This document shows, piece after piece, positions 28,837-39,248 of a stretch of 64,000 nucleotides of DNA (positions are counted from its first letter, which is position 1; each line of letters begins with the position of its first letter). The notes beneath the pieces are model-generated. The model was not told the DNA's origin. It saw only the letters and a program-made list of their open reading frames with translations, and ran no database searches. The translations under genes were made by a program, and so were the position numbers. This stretch comes from an uncultured Planctomycetaceae bacterium (GTDB lineage Bacteria > Planctomycetota > Planctomycetia > Planctomycetales > Planctomycetaceae), in contig CAXBME010000009.1 of assembly GCA_963976765.1 (NCBI GenBank), positions 62,001 through 126,000 on the forward strand, written 5' to 3'.

Positions 28837-29742
28837 ATGTTTGATTGCCGGGTTCACGGAAAGCCTGTTCCGACAGACATTGTCGGAGTGTTTCGTGACA
28901 GCACGGACGTCATGGCCGACTCGGCAGCTTTGCAGGCCAGAATGTGTGATGACGGTTACGTTTTTCTGCGAGGCGTGGTCGGGCCGTCGTCGATCGCGAT
29001 GGCACGCCATGAAGTTTTTGGGCGACTCGCTGATGTAGGAGAAATCGCGGAGCCACCGGTTGAGGGAATTTTCACAGGGCAAAGTCAGCGGCCAGCTAAG
29101 CCGTCAGAACGCGGAGCGTTCTGGCAGTCGGTGAGCGAAGGTCCGGCGCTGCGACGAGTCACTCACGGGCCGGAGATGCATTACGTCCTGGACACACTCT
29201 TTGGTGAGCCATCGCGCGGCTACAACTTCATCTTCCTTCGTCCCGGTGTTCCGGGACGTTTTACGTTTCTCCACTACGACCTGCCGTTCTTTTCTCGCGG
29301 AACAAAGAACGTCGTCACTGCATGGACGGCGATCGGCGACATTCCAACCACGGAAGGACCGCTGTTTGTTCTGGAGAATTCGCACCGCTTCGACGATCTG
29401 ATCAAGCCAATTCAGACCATCGATTACAACTCGAAAGACTCGCCGCAGGTACAGATGATGGACGACGCGGTCGAGTTTGCCCGGAGTCGCGGTTCGCGGC
29501 TGCTGACAGCGAACTTCGAACCCGGCGACGTCATTCTGTTCGGCATGACGACCATGCACGGATCGTTCGATAACTGCTCGCCGATCAACCGGACTCGATT
29601 GTCGGTAGACGTCCGCTGGCAGCCGGCTTCGGAACCAATCGACGAACGCTACTTTGGCGCCAATCCCGCCGGCACAACAGGCATAGGCTATGCCGAACTG
29701 AACGGCGCCAAACCCCTGACCGAACCCTGGCATACTCGATAA
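28837..29742 (+). CDS. Phytanoyl-CoA dioxygenase (PhyH) family 2OG-Fe(II) oxygenase
   Basis: DGYVFLRG, HYD (HxD), TAWTAIGD, GDVILF..TMHGS and RLSVDVRWQ. The ORF is open from 28771. Confidence 0.87.
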   Translation: MFDCRVHGKPVPTDIVGVFRDSTDVMADSAALQARMCDDGYVFLRGVVGPSSIAMARHEVFGRLADVGEIAEPPVEGIFTGQSQRPAKPSERGAFWQSVSEGPALRRVTHGPEMHYVLDTLFGEPSRGYNFIFLRPGVPGRFTFLHYDLPFFSRGTKNVVTAWTAIGDIPTTEGPLFVLENSHRFDDLIKPIQTIDYNSKDSPQVQMMDDAVEFARSRGSRLLTANFEPGDVILFGMTTMHGSFDNCSPINRTRLSVDVRWQPASEPIDERYFGANPAGTTGIGYAELNGAKPLTEPWHTR

Positions 29743-29792
29743 CTGGCATTGGAAGCGCGACCGAGCGTGTCTGCTGCTTTATGAAATGGCTG

Positions 29793-30896
29793 CTAAGACA
29801 CATCGACGAGTGGATCGCCCAGGATCTCGAAACGTGGTTGTACTCCGAGGCCGGGAGCTGTCGATGCTGACATGCGACCGTTGATTCGCTGTGGAGCGCC
29901 GGCGGCGTTACTGACGGTGACGTAGCTGTTAAAGTCGGTCGATGTGAACAGGAAATCGGTCGGTGTGCTGTGAGCCAGGTGGGCGATCGCCGCGGTGGTG
30001 ATGTCGCCTCCCCAGCTGTCTTCGATCGTCATCGCAATGCCCAGCGAAACGCACAGGTCACGCGCCTGACGAGCTCTGGTCAGACCTCCGAACTTGCTGA
30101 TCTTAATGTTGACGACGTCAGCGGCCCGGTCGGAATGCAGCTTCAACAGAGCATCCACACCGTCAATCACCTCGTCCATCACAAACGGGTGATCGGTTCG
30201 CTCGCGAATGGAGAGGCACTCTTCATAGCTCACGCACGGTTGTTCGATGTAAACGTCGACGTCTTTGACGCCTCGTACCACCCGAGCGGCTTCGTGCATC
30301 AGCCAGCCGGTGTTGGCATCGGCGACCAGTTTGTCACCGGGCTGCAGAACTTCAGCCACAGCATGAATTCGAGCGATGTCTTCGTTGGGATCTCCGCCGA
30401 CTTTCAACTGGAATCGGCGATACCCTTCTTCCCGGTACGAGGCAACATTCTTTGCCATCTCTTCCGGAGACTGCTGAGAGATCGCGCGGTAAAGAACAAA
30501 GTCGTCTCCCCAACGACCTCCAAGCAGCGTGCAAACAGGAACACCGGCCACCTGACCGAGGATATCCCAACAGGCGATGTCGATTCCCGACTTCACGTAG
30601 GGATGGCCCTTCATGGCAGCGTCCATGAGCTGGTTCAGCTTGCCAAGTTCCGTCGCCTCCTGACCAATCAGATGCGGAGCCAGTTCGGCGATTCCCGCTC
30701 GGACTCCAGCCGCGTAAGCCGGCAGGTAAAACGGACCAAGCGGGCAGACTTCACCGTGACCAACGACGCCGTCGTCGGTCTCAACCCGCACGATCGTACT
30801 GTCGAAAACGTCGACCGATTTTCCGCCCGACCATTTGTAGCTGCCTTCGTGCAGCGGAAGTTCGACTCGGTAGGCGGCAATGCGTGTAATCTTCAT
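29793..30896 (-). CDS. Enolase-superfamily (MR/MLE) enzyme, cis-3-hydroxy-L-proline dehydratase-like
   Basis: Motifs [41 protein letters not shown] and EDSWGGD. The specific activity is inferred from remembered similarity only. Confidence 0.75.
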   Translation of the reverse strand: MKITRIAAYRVELPLHEGSYKWSGGKSVDVFDSTIVRVETDDGVVGHGEVCPLGPFYLPAYAAGVRAGIAELAPHLIGQEATELGKLNQLMDAAMKGHPYVKSGIDIACWDILGQVAGVPVCTLLGGRWGDDFVLYRAISQQSPEEMAKNVASYREEGYRRFQLKVGGDPNEDIARIHAVAEVLQPGDKLVADANTGWLMHEAARVVRGVKDVDVYIEQPCVSYEECLSIRERTDHPFVMDEVIDGVDALLKLHSDRAADVVNIKISKFGGLTRARQARDLCVSLGIAMTIEDSWGGDITTAAIAHLAHSTPTDFLFTSTDFNSYVTVSNAAGAPQRINGRMSASTAPGLGVQPRFEILGDPLVDVS

Positions 30897-31006
30897 AGCT
30901 CAGCGACGTCCTGCTTCGACTACGGTGAATGCTTGACGAACGAGTTCGTCGACGCGGCATTCTGTCACGCTCGGACGCCGGCGCGAAGCCGCTCGAAACC
31001 GCTCAC

Positions 31007-32263
31007 TCAGAACGGAACCGGCAGCAACAGGGCGTGATGTTCGAAAAGAATGCGCTTGCCGTGCTCACCGATCAGCGGCGTGAAGAAGAGCAGGAAGACG
31101 TACAGAGCCAGCAGCGGCACGGTCAGCGTTCGACTCAGCCAGCGCCAGCCGAACCACGACTCGGTTTCGCGATGCGTCGCCCGGTAAACGACCCAGCCAG
31201 TCAGGACTCGAGCGGGGTAGATCGTCACGATAAAGACGATTGTCACCAGCCACATGGCATCGCTGGGGAGCAGATAAACTTTAGGCAGATAGAGCGGCAG
31301 AGCCATCACGTACACGGTCGCCAGGGCGATGAACCAGGCCAGCGGAGTTCTGCGATACAGTTGCCTGATGGATTTCCGGTCGAACATGTCCCGCCATTCG
31401 CCCGTCATCGCAAACCGAGCCTGCAAAAACGGTAGCCAACTGAAAACAACAATCAGCCCCAACCCGCCTGCAATCGAGAGAAAAATTGTTCCACCATTGT
31501 CGGGTCTCGCCGCCGCGAACAAAGCCGTCGGAATCGCCAGCCAGATGAATGCCCCAGCGAAGCCACGGACTCCCAGCCAGAAGTGGTGCCGCAGTCTCAG
31601 CCTTAAGAGAATGTCCTGCACACCGGCTGTCGCGTGAGCCATGTAGTCGCCCGAGTGCCAACGTTTCAACAGCCAGCGGGCGTTCTTGATTGGTCGAAAG
31701 AAACAACTGAGACTGCCTCCCCGAGCCAATGCCAGACACAGATGCGTTGCCACCAGCGCGGCGAAGAACGGCGAGAAGGCATTGAGAAACCGTTCGGCAT
31801 TTCCGCCTGGATCAAGAAACGCGACGTCTCCCCGCATGGTTGAGATCAGCCTGAGCGGAATCACCCACAACCAGATGCCCAGCGTGATCGCACCAAACCG
31901 AGGTGCCACATCCAGCAGCAGGAACGCATTTCGAAGCTTGCCCGTGCGAGCGACTCGGCCTTCGACTTCGAGCAGGTACCCAAGGGCCAGAAAGTTAACA
32001 ACAGGAATCGCCGCAATGACGGCCAGCAGCAGGACCAGGCTGACAATGCCGAAACCGGCTCTCACGAACCAGAAGAATGCACGAATCGGATGCTTCAAAA
32101 TCGCCGGGCGAGGCGGCAGGCGATACGACGTGACATCGACTCCATCGTGTTCGGCAATCAGTTCCGGTGGAGCTTCTTCGAACGATATTTCCGAACTGCC
32201 ATCGTCCGGCGGATCATCGGGATTGGCAGGTGGGACTGTCTGCAACATTTCAGATTGCGCCAC
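31007..32263 (-). CDS. Integral membrane hypothetical protein
   Basis: About 8 hydrophobic segments. GTG at 32263 follows GGGAG; the ORF is open to 32341. Confidence 0.7.
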   Translation of the reverse strand: MAQSEMLQTVPPANPDDPPDDGSSEISFEEAPPELIAEHDGVDVTSYRLPPRPAILKHPIRAFFWFVRAGFGIVSLVLLLAVIAAIPVVNFLALGYLLEVEGRVARTGKLRNAFLLLDVAPRFGAITLGIWLWVIPLRLISTMRGDVAFLDPGGNAERFLNAFSPFFAALVATHLCLALARGGSLSCFFRPIKNARWLLKRWHSGDYMAHATAGVQDILLRLRLRHHFWLGVRGFAGAFIWLAIPTALFAAARPDNGGTIFLSIAGGLGLIVVFSWLPFLQARFAMTGEWRDMFDRKSIRQLYRRTPLAWFIALATVYVMALPLYLPKVYLLPSDAMWLVTIVFIVTIYPARVLTGWVVYRATHRETESWFGWRWLSRTLTVPLLALYVFLLFFTPLIGEHGKRILFEHHALLLPVPF

Positions 32264-32386
32264 AACTTCGCTCCCGAGGGGCCACCGATTCTGATACCGC
32301 GAACCAGACACGATCCGCTCAGCAGAACAACGTACCCACATCGGGAGAACCAGGTTTCAGTCGTCACCCAATAAACACGCGACGGA

Positions 32387-34531
32387 TTAAACAAGACCGC
32401 TGTGCCTCAGCAGCGGAATCGGGTCTGGTTCGCGGCCACGGAAATCCCGGAAAACGTCCATCGGATGCCGGCTGCCGCCAAGGGCCAGCACGGTATCACG
32501 GAATCGACGTCCCACTTTCGCAACCGCTTCTTCGTCGTCAAGTCCCGCTTCTTCAAAGGCACTGAACGCGTCGGCACTCAGAACTTCCGCCCATTTGTAA
32601 CTGTAGTAACCGGCTGCGTATCCGCCGGAAAAAATGTGCGAGAACGAGCACAGCATGCGGTCTTCTTTGAGCATCGGCAGCACTGATGTTTTCTCGACAA
32701 CTTTGCTCTGAACGTCGAAAACCGTTTCACCGGATGTGTCTCCGTCCTGAGGCGGCGCGAAGCCACCGTGCAGCAGCATGTCTGTTATTCCAAACGTGAG
32801 CTGCCTCAGCGTTGTTGAACCGGCTCGGAACGTTCGCGACGCTTTCAGTTTTTCGAACAGTTCATCAGGTAACGGTTCGCCTGTTTCGTAATGGCCGGAA
32901 ATGCTCGCGACGGTCGGACGATGATAGCACCAGTTTTCCATGAACTGACTGGGCAACTCGACAGCATCCCACTCGACACCGCTGATTCCCGCCGCGTCGG
33001 CTTCGTCGATCGTCGTCAGCATGTGCTGCAATCCGTGGCCAAATTCATGGAACAACGTTTCGACTTCTCGAAACGTCATCAGTGATGGCTTGTCTCCAAC
33101 GGGCGGCGTGCTGTTGCAAACGAGGTGAGCGACAGGAAGCTGCACATTGCCGGCGATCAGTTTTCGACCGAGGCAATCGTCCATCCAGGCACCGCCGCGT
33201 TTGTTCTCCGGGCGTGAGTACGGATCGAGATAAAACGCCGCGATGCTGGAGCCGTCGCTGTCGAGCACTTCGAAATAGCGAACGTCCTTGTGCCAGACCG
33301 GAGCGTCTTCTGCCTGTCGAACTTTGATCCCAAAAATTCGTTCGACCAGATCGAACATCCCCGCCAGAGCTTTCTCCAGCGGAAAGTACGGTCGCAATTC
33401 TTCGTCAGTATAGTCGAACTTCTTTTCACGCAGCCGTTCTGCCCAGAAGGCAACGTCCCAGTGTTTCAACTCGTCGGTGCAACCTTCTGACTTCGCCAAC
33501 TCGCGGATCTCTTCCATGTCGGCGGCGGCGGCTTCCCAGGATGCCGAACGCAGCGTTTCGAACATCTCTTCAACGGCAGCGATACTCGGCGCCATTTTCT
33601 TTGCGAGGCTCATCTCCGCATAGTTTTCAAACCCAAGCAGTTCGGCTTTTTCCTGACGCAGCGTCAGGATGCGATTGATGTTCGATTCGTTGCTGAACTC
33701 ACCTTCCGACGCGCGGGTGATAAACGCTCGATAAAGTTTCTCGCGAAGGTCGCTGCGGCGGCAGTGCTGCATGAACGGCAGAAAGCTCGGGCCATCGAGC
33801 GTAAATCGCCACGGCCCGGACGCCGCCGTTGCCTCGTCCACCGACTCCGGATCGCCACCGGTTTCTGCAAGACGTTCCGCCTGTTTCTGATTGAACGACT
33901 GAGCCGCCATCGCGAGTGCGCTATCGGGCAAACCATCGACGTCGCCTTTTTCGGTGAGAACCAGCTCGAACAGCTTCGTTGCGTCGAGCACGTTGTTCGA
34001 AAACGTCGTGCTTAACTTTGAGAGTTCCTGTGCAATCTCGTTGAAGCGTTCCCGCTGCGGACCTTCGAGACCGATGCCAGACAGCTCGACTGACTGGATC
34101 TTCTTTTCGACGATCCGTTGCCGAGTCGGCGAAAGTTTGTCCCAGTCGCTTCCGTCTCGAAGGGCAATACACGCCTCGTAGATCGGTCGACTTTGCGAAG
34201 CTCGCAACCCGAACTGAACGACGTCATCCAGCACTGCTTCGTAGGCTTCGCGAAGCTCGGGGCAATTTTTCACACCAAACAGGTGCGACACCGGACCCCA
34301 ACCATATTCGAACGGACGGTCGATCTCTTCGAGCTTCGCGAAACAACCTTCCCATGTTGGCTCGATTGACCCTTCGAGTTCCGATAACGCCTGCTCGGCA
34401 TCCGCCAGCAACTTGTTTACGGCAGGAACTACGTGCTCGGGTTTGATCTGGTCGAACTTTGGCAGCCCCTCCATGCACAGCAGAGGGTTATCGGTGAGGT
34501 CGGCAGTTGTTGCTTCACGCTGATCCGTCAT
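32387..34531 (-). CDS. prlC: Oligopeptidase A (peptidase M3A)
   Basis: NPLL start, KRGGAWMD, HEFGH zinc motif, VEWDAVELPSQFMENW and GGYAAGYYSYKWAEVL. Confidence 0.93.
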   Translation of the reverse strand: MTDQREATTADLTDNPLLCMEGLPKFDQIKPEHVVPAVNKLLADAEQALSELEGSIEPTWEGCFAKLEEIDRPFEYGWGPVSHLFGVKNCPELREAYEAVLDDVVQFGLRASQSRPIYEACIALRDGSDWDKLSPTRQRIVEKKIQSVELSGIGLEGPQRERFNEIAQELSKLSTTFSNNVLDATKLFELVLTEKGDVDGLPDSALAMAAQSFNQKQAERLAETGGDPESVDEATAASGPWRFTLDGPSFLPFMQHCRRSDLREKLYRAFITRASEGEFSNESNINRILTLRQEKAELLGFENYAEMSLAKKMAPSIAAVEEMFETLRSASWEAAAADMEEIRELAKSEGCTDELKHWDVAFWAERLREKKFDYTDEELRPYFPLEKALAGMFDLVERIFGIKVRQAEDAPVWHKDVRYFEVLDSDGSSIAAFYLDPYSRPENKRGGAWMDDCLGRKLIAGNVQLPVAHLVCNSTPPVGDKPSLMTFREVETLFHEFGHGLQHMLTTIDEADAAGISGVEWDAVELPSQFMENWCYHRPTVASISGHYETGEPLPDELFEKLKASRTFRAGSTTLRQLTFGITDMLLHGGFAPPQDGDTSGETVFDVQSKVVEKTSVLPMLKEDRMLCSFSHIFSGGYAAGYYSYKWAEVLSADAFSAFEEAGLDDEEAVAKVGRRFRDTVLALGGSRHPMDVFRDFRGREPDPIPLLRHSGLV

Positions 34532-34602
34532 GTTTGAGCATCCTTTTCTCGAAATTCACAATCCACTGATGGATTGAGTAGTCGGTGTTTACAAACTATT
34601 TG

Positions 34603-34666
34603 GCAGGGTGCGTCTCGACACACCACAACATCCCGCAAATTGCTGGTGCGTCAAGACGCACCCTAC
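34603..34666. repeat. REP doublet (REPIN-like) of the GTAGGGTGCGTC type
   Basis: GCAGGGTGCGTCTCGACACACC ... GGTGCGTCAAGACGCACCCTAC inverted pair, each arm internally palindromic. A partial arm recurs at 63093-63111. Confidence 0.75.
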
Positions 34667-34699
34667 GGCAAGTTTGCGAGAGAGACATCGAACAACAAG

Positions 34700-34808
34700 C
34701 TGGATCGCTTTCCGAATTCGTTTTCAGTGTTCTGCAGGAGGGCCACAAAGGAAACAATGGCGATTCCGAGGGTCGGCTCCTGCACAGAAACTATGAAAAT
34801 GGTTTAGT
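34700..34808. mobile_element. MITE-like dispersed repeat, copy B
   Basis: Matches 23118-23220. Imperfect terminal inverted repeats CTGGATCGCTTTC / GAAAATGGTTTAG. Confidence 0.7.
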
Positions 34809-35976
34809 CGCGAAAGACGGCGATACTGGCTGTGTAACCGTGAATGTAATTCTTACCGCCGACCGGGCCGAGCTCTCCCTGAGCAAAGAAGCCGGTCAGC
34901 GGCACCTTGTCCAGTCGTTTCTGAATCGACCCGGCGTCGTGGTTCGCGCCGGGGAACAGCCGAGTGCCGCGTCCGTTGCAGCTGAACAGGAGCGCCGCTC
35001 CGGGTGCGACTTCAGAATTCTCGACGGACCTCGTCAAGAGCGCGTGCAGTTCTTCGTGAGCGGTTTGAGCATCCCGAACGTGAAACCGGACGGTCTGGCC
35101 GACTCGGACCCGATTGCCAATCGCGACCGCGCCGGATTCTTTGTCGACGCCAACGACGTTTGAGATGAGAAAATCACCCAGCTCGAACTTCTCCTGATAC
35201 TCGTTCATGACGATGCCCAGGTGCGGACCCTGTTGAACAAGTTCCTGATCGCGTTCCGGCAGTTCGGCAAAGATTTCCTGCAGACGTTGCATCGCTGGCT
35301 TGCCGCCGAGTTCCTGCACGAGGTTGTCTTCTGCCTTTGTAACAATGAAGTTTGGCCCAATCGGTCGGCAACCTTGAGACACCACGGACTCGATTTGTGG
35401 CCCGCCCTGCACCATCACGCCAACGGCTCCGAAGCCGACGTGTTCGTTGTTCAGGAACAATCCATTTTCGCCTGGACCACGACCGCCACTGGCCATGCCC
35501 CCGATCAATGGCGTGCCGGGAAGATCGACACCCAGTCGCTCGATAATCGGCTCGATAGCCGTTGAAAATGGCTCACCGAGCAGGAAGACCGCTCGCACGT
35601 CGTCCTGCGGCGTTTCAAACGCCGGCGGCCAGCCGGACGAGACAATGCCATCCGGAGTTCGCTCAAACTCCAGATGAAACGGCAGCAGACTGGCACCCGG
35701 CAGAACCGCCGACCAGAGACTCATCGCCGGTTCGTTTTCGATTTCGAATTCACCACCGGCAACCGATTCAGCCGCGCAACCGAGCAGCACTTTCGAGTTC
35801 AGTCGCTGCTGGATTTTCTCTGCGAGTTCGTGGAACGAGCCTCGGTGGTGATGCGAAACAAAAACGAACGACAGGTCCGGAGTTTCACCGTTGAGTTGTT
35901 CAAGAACTTCCGAGCAGACGGATTCGATAGCGTCGGCGGTGGGTCCAAGTTGCGAGAGACTTGCGGCGTAAGGCAT
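34804..35976 (-). CDS. FIST (N + C domain) signal-transduction protein
   Basis: Motifs LIGGMASG, VSQGCRPIG, VRFHVRD, FSCNGRG and GFFAQGELGP. Confidence 0.9.
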   Translation of the reverse strand: MPYAASLSQLGPTADAIESVCSEVLEQLNGETPDLSFVFVSHHHRGSFHELAEKIQQRLNSKVLLGCAAESVAGGEFEIENEPAMSLWSAVLPGASLLPFHLEFERTPDGIVSSGWPPAFETPQDDVRAVFLLGEPFSTAIEPIIERLGVDLPGTPLIGGMASGGRGPGENGLFLNNEHVGFGAVGVMVQGGPQIESVVSQGCRPIGPNFIVTKAEDNLVQELGGKPAMQRLQEIFAELPERDQELVQQGPHLGIVMNEYQEKFELGDFLISNVVGVDKESGAVAIGNRVRVGQTVRFHVRDAQTAHEELHALLTRSVENSEVAPGAALLFSCNGRGTRLFPGANHDAGSIQKRLDKVPLTGFFAQGELGPVGGKNYIHGYTASIAVFRD

Positions 35977-36012
35977 GAAAAGGCCGTTCGTGGTTCTGGA
36001 TTTCGGAGATTA

Positions 36013-36115
36013 GCCACAGAGTTCACAGAGGGCACGGAGCATTGAAATCTTCTTATCTCCTGACTCAGTGTTTCCTGTGAATACGATCTGTTTCTGACTC
36101 GGTGTTTTCCGTGGA
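36013..36115. repeat. Degenerate CACAGAG/CTCTGTG-type palindromic element
   Basis: gccacagagttcacagagggcacggag ... ctcagtgtttcctgtg ... ctcggtgttttccgtgg. Confidence 0.5.
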
Positions 36116-36212
36116 GAGCATGCAAAGCGGATTGGTCACTGTCAGCACCGTCGTCAGACGGTTAGCAGCCTGTTGAAAAACGGACGAGAAACCCGTCGTC
36201 GAGCGAATTCAC

Positions 36213-37007
36213 TCATGCATCGACGTTGCCGACATGAGCGTGGTCGCGGAGGTGGTTTTCGCAATAGCACAAGGCACCTTCGCACTTGCTGCAGTATCGA
36301 AATTCGATCGTCGGGTCCGACTTGTCGGTGACCCCGCAAACGGTGCATTCGTGTTTGGGCTTCTTCGATTCTGCAGCGACCTTCGCCTTGTGTTGAATGC
36401 GGCGTCCCTTCGAATGCGTCCGCTGAATGATTTCCTGACCGAAGAACAGCAGAAAATTCGCGACCCCGGCCAGCACGAAAAGTCGCGTTTGCATATTCCC
36501 GACAATCAACGCGTAGATCAGACCAATCCATGTCAGCAGGGCCAGCCAGCGAACTTTCACTGGCAGAACAAACATGATGTAAAAGACGTAGTCGGGATAA
36601 AGCCAGGCAAACGCCAGAAAAACCGACGTGCCGATGAACATGTTTGTCGCCATCTGGTCCGGATAGACGAACGCAACGCCGACAGTTGCCAGATAGCCGC
36701 TGATCAGGAAGAGGTTGTAACGAACAGTGCCCCAGGTCTGCTCCAGAGCCGAACCCATCATGTGGAAAATCATCATCGCAAAAAAGAAGAACAGCAGATT
36801 CGTCATTGGAGGGACAAAACAGAAACTGCCCAGCCGCCAGACTTCACCTTCCATGACCAGTCGAGGGACCAGAACCATGCGTTCCAGAACCTGTGGATTC
36901 GACTGGTTGACGATATACGCCAGCACCTGCCCCATGATGATGACCAGGGTCAGATTTGGAACGGCATAGGGTCTCAGTTTCCGTTCCAGACGGTCCAGCA
37001 GTCGCAT
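36213..37007 (-). CDS. Rhomboid/derlin-like membrane protein with C-terminal Cys/His zinc finger
   Basis: GEVWRL motif, about 6 TM helices, and CTVC..CSKC..CENH..HAH. Confidence 0.72.
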   Translation of the reverse strand: MRLLDRLERKLRPYAVPNLTLVIIMGQVLAYIVNQSNPQVLERMVLVPRLVMEGEVWRLGSFCFVPPMTNLLFFFFAMMIFHMMGSALEQTWGTVRYNLFLISGYLATVGVAFVYPDQMATNMFIGTSVFLAFAWLYPDYVFYIMFVLPVKVRWLALLTWIGLIYALIVGNMQTRLFVLAGVANFLLFFGQEIIQRTHSKGRRIQHKAKVAAESKKPKHECTVCGVTDKSDPTIEFRYCSKCEGALCYCENHLRDHAHVGNVDA

Positions 37008-37051
37008 GGTTGAGCCTTGTTCTCAGACAGTTTCAGTCGACTGACTATCCT

Positions 37052-37987
37052 TCAATCAACCGTGATCAGTCGCAGTTCTTTGGGCAGCGGAAAGCTGACG
37101 TGCTCTTCCCGGACGACGATGCTTTCTACTTCAGCCCCGTATTTCTCAACCAGAGCGTCAACACAACCCTGCACGACAACTTCGGGAGCGCTGGCGCCGG
37201 CCGAAATCAGCACGGTGTCGTCCGCCGATAACGCGTCGTCGGGCAGTTCGTGGATTCCGTCGATCAGAAACGCCTTCGCTCCGTGCGACGCTCCGAGTTC
37301 CATCAGACGACGACTGTTCGAACTGTTCTGACTGCCCAGCACGATCACGGCATCCGCGTTCGTGGCGAGGGTGTCGATCGCTTCCTGCCGGTTGGTCGTG
37401 GCGTAGCAGATGTCGTCCTTCGGAGGGCAATGAATGTTCGGGAACCGTTGACGAAGTCTTTCGATGATGGCTTCGGCTTCGGAGACGCTCAGCGTCGTCT
37501 GAGTCAGGTAAGCGATCTTCGCATCGCCAGAAAACGGCAACTCGTCGACTGCGTCGGGAGTTTCGATCAGCGTGATGCTTTCCGGAGCCTCGCCCATTGT
37601 GCCGATCACTTCGTCGTGCCCTTCATGACCGATCAGCACGATGTTGTAGCCCTCTCTGGCATACTTGATCGCTTCGAGATGCACCTTTGTGACCAGCGGG
37701 CAGGTGGCATCGATCGTGTGCAGCTTTCGTTCTTTCGACTGCTGACGGACTTCCGGCGAGACACCGTGAGCACTGTAAAGCAGGATCGAACCTTCCGGCA
37801 CTTCCTGAATCGTGTCGACAAAGGTGACTCCCTGCCGAGTGAATCGATCGACGACGTACCGGTTGTGGACGATTTCGTGGTACACGTAAATTTTCGTGCC
37901 GAACCGCTTGATCGCTTCGTCCAGACACTCAATCGCCATGTTCACGCCGGCACAGAATCCGCGAGGGTTGGCCAGGAGAATCTTCAT
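37052..37987 (-). CDS. ispH: 4-hydroxy-3-methylbut-2-enyl diphosphate reductase
   Basis: Motifs PRGFCAGV, SAHGV, DATCPLVTKVH, TQTTLS, ICYATTNRQ, SSNS and AGASAPE. Confidence 0.97.
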   Translation of the reverse strand: MKILLANPRGFCAGVNMAIECLDEAIKRFGTKIYVYHEIVHNRYVVDRFTRQGVTFVDTIQEVPEGSILLYSAHGVSPEVRQQSKERKLHTIDATCPLVTKVHLEAIKYAREGYNIVLIGHEGHDEVIGTMGEAPESITLIETPDAVDELPFSGDAKIAYLTQTTLSVSEAEAIIERLRQRFPNIHCPPKDDICYATTNRQEAIDTLATNADAVIVLGSQNSSNSRRLMELGASHGAKAFLIDGIHELPDDALSADDTVLISAGASAPEVVVQGCVDALVEKYGAEVESIVVREEHVSFPLPKELRLITVD

Positions 37988-37999
37988 GTTTGTGCCGCC

Positions 38000-38917
38000 T
38001 TATTCCCTGGGCGTTTCGTCTTGAGCAGCTTCGACTTTAGAAGTTTCCGGTTTGATCCGGGTCGCGTAAAAGCCAAGCTTCCGATCGGCCATCACCATAA
38101 AGCCAGCCATCGCCGATTTGTCTTTGGTCCATAAAAACGCGTCAATGGTCTGTGACGCGTTGGCAAGTTCGATATTCAACTTCGCGTTGTGAGGCAATGC
38201 GGCGATCTTCCCGGCGATCTCGTAAACACTTTTCGTTTCGTCTGAAATGAACCGACCGAAGATCCGGCGTTCTTCGACGTCAAGCTCCCAGACACCTTCC
38301 CAACGGCCGTCAATTCTGACTTTCCATGAGCCGGCAAAGTCGGTTGGAATCACTCCCGTGTGCGACGTCGGATCGGGACGTTCGGCCGGGTCGGGTTCTG
38401 GAGTCGCCGGACCGTCCAGGGCGAACAGTTTCGACTTCGCCGCAGGTTTGAGTACTCCATCATCAACGCAAACGATGTCTTCACCCTGCCCGGCAGGAAC
38501 CACCTGACCAATGTCAAAGTTGAATCCAAAACCTGGAAACAGCATGACGTCCTTGCCGGCGGCCGTCGTGAGCGTCTGTCGGTCTCCGCGGTAGTTCACA
38601 AAGCGTTCGATCAGGACGACTGGAACCCGCTCGCCGTCGGTGCCTTTGCGGAATCCCCACGTGACCAGCGCCTTCGTCCAGTTGTCATCGTCCGTGTGAA
38701 CGACAATGCACGGCGAACCGATGCCGCGACCGATCGACTTCAGCGAAAGTGAATCGCGCATCGCCAGCGATTCAAGCGGCTTCATTTCTGAAACACTTCG
38801 CCTCAGCCAGTACGACGTGTGATCATCAAAAACGTCGGCGCGTGCAGTGCACGTCACCGCGCAGGCGACCAGGACAACGACATGAAACGGGAGCCGAAAA
38901 CCGTGCTGACAATACAT
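38000..38917 (-). CDS. Secreted hypothetical protein
   Basis: Signal peptide ending ARA-D, then a beta-rich body. Confidence 0.7.
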   Translation of the reverse strand: MYCQHGFRLPFHVVVLVACAVTCTARADVFDDHTSYWLRRSVSEMKPLESLAMRDSLSLKSIGRGIGSPCIVVHTDDDNWTKALVTWGFRKGTDGERVPVVLIERFVNYRGDRQTLTTAAGKDVMLFPGFGFNFDIGQVVPAGQGEDIVCVDDGVLKPAAKSKLFALDGPATPEPDPAERPDPTSHTGVIPTDFAGSWKVRIDGRWEGVWELDVEERRIFGRFISDETKSVYEIAGKIAALPHNAKLNIELANASQTIDAFLWTKDKSAMAGFMVMADRKLGFYATRIKPETSKVEAAQDETPRE

Positions 38918-39190
38918 CGGAATTTTCCTCGCAGTAGGAACAGTGCAGCGGGAATGCTAGCAAACGAGCCACCGCTTCACGACGACACCAGATTTCGAAG
39001 CGAGTATCTGCGTCTCTTCAGAAATCTGATGACCTGTCGGTGGCGAGAATGTTCGATGATTTCTTCCGCCGCCCGGCTGAAATACTGCACCTTTCCTGGC
39101 AATCGGTCGATCGATTTAAGTGACGCCGACGGAGTCGGTTGTCGGATCGTGCGGAAAAACGACTGAAATGCTCACGAAGAAATCGCCATA

Positions 39191-39220
39191 TTGACACATT
39201 TTCCTGGCTGGTCGTAAATT
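39191..39220 (+). promoter_or_regulatory. Putative sigma70 promoter of the DegT gene
   Basis: TTGACA-N18-TAAATT about 30 nt before the ATG. Confidence 0.45.
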
Positions 39221-39248
39221 CCCGCACCACTACATCACCCTGTCGCGA

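Noticed and set aside
28837..30896. Hydroxyproline pathway formed by the PhyH oxygenase and the enolase-family dehydratase
   Set aside because: The genes are convergent, and no racemase, reductase or transporter is adjacent.
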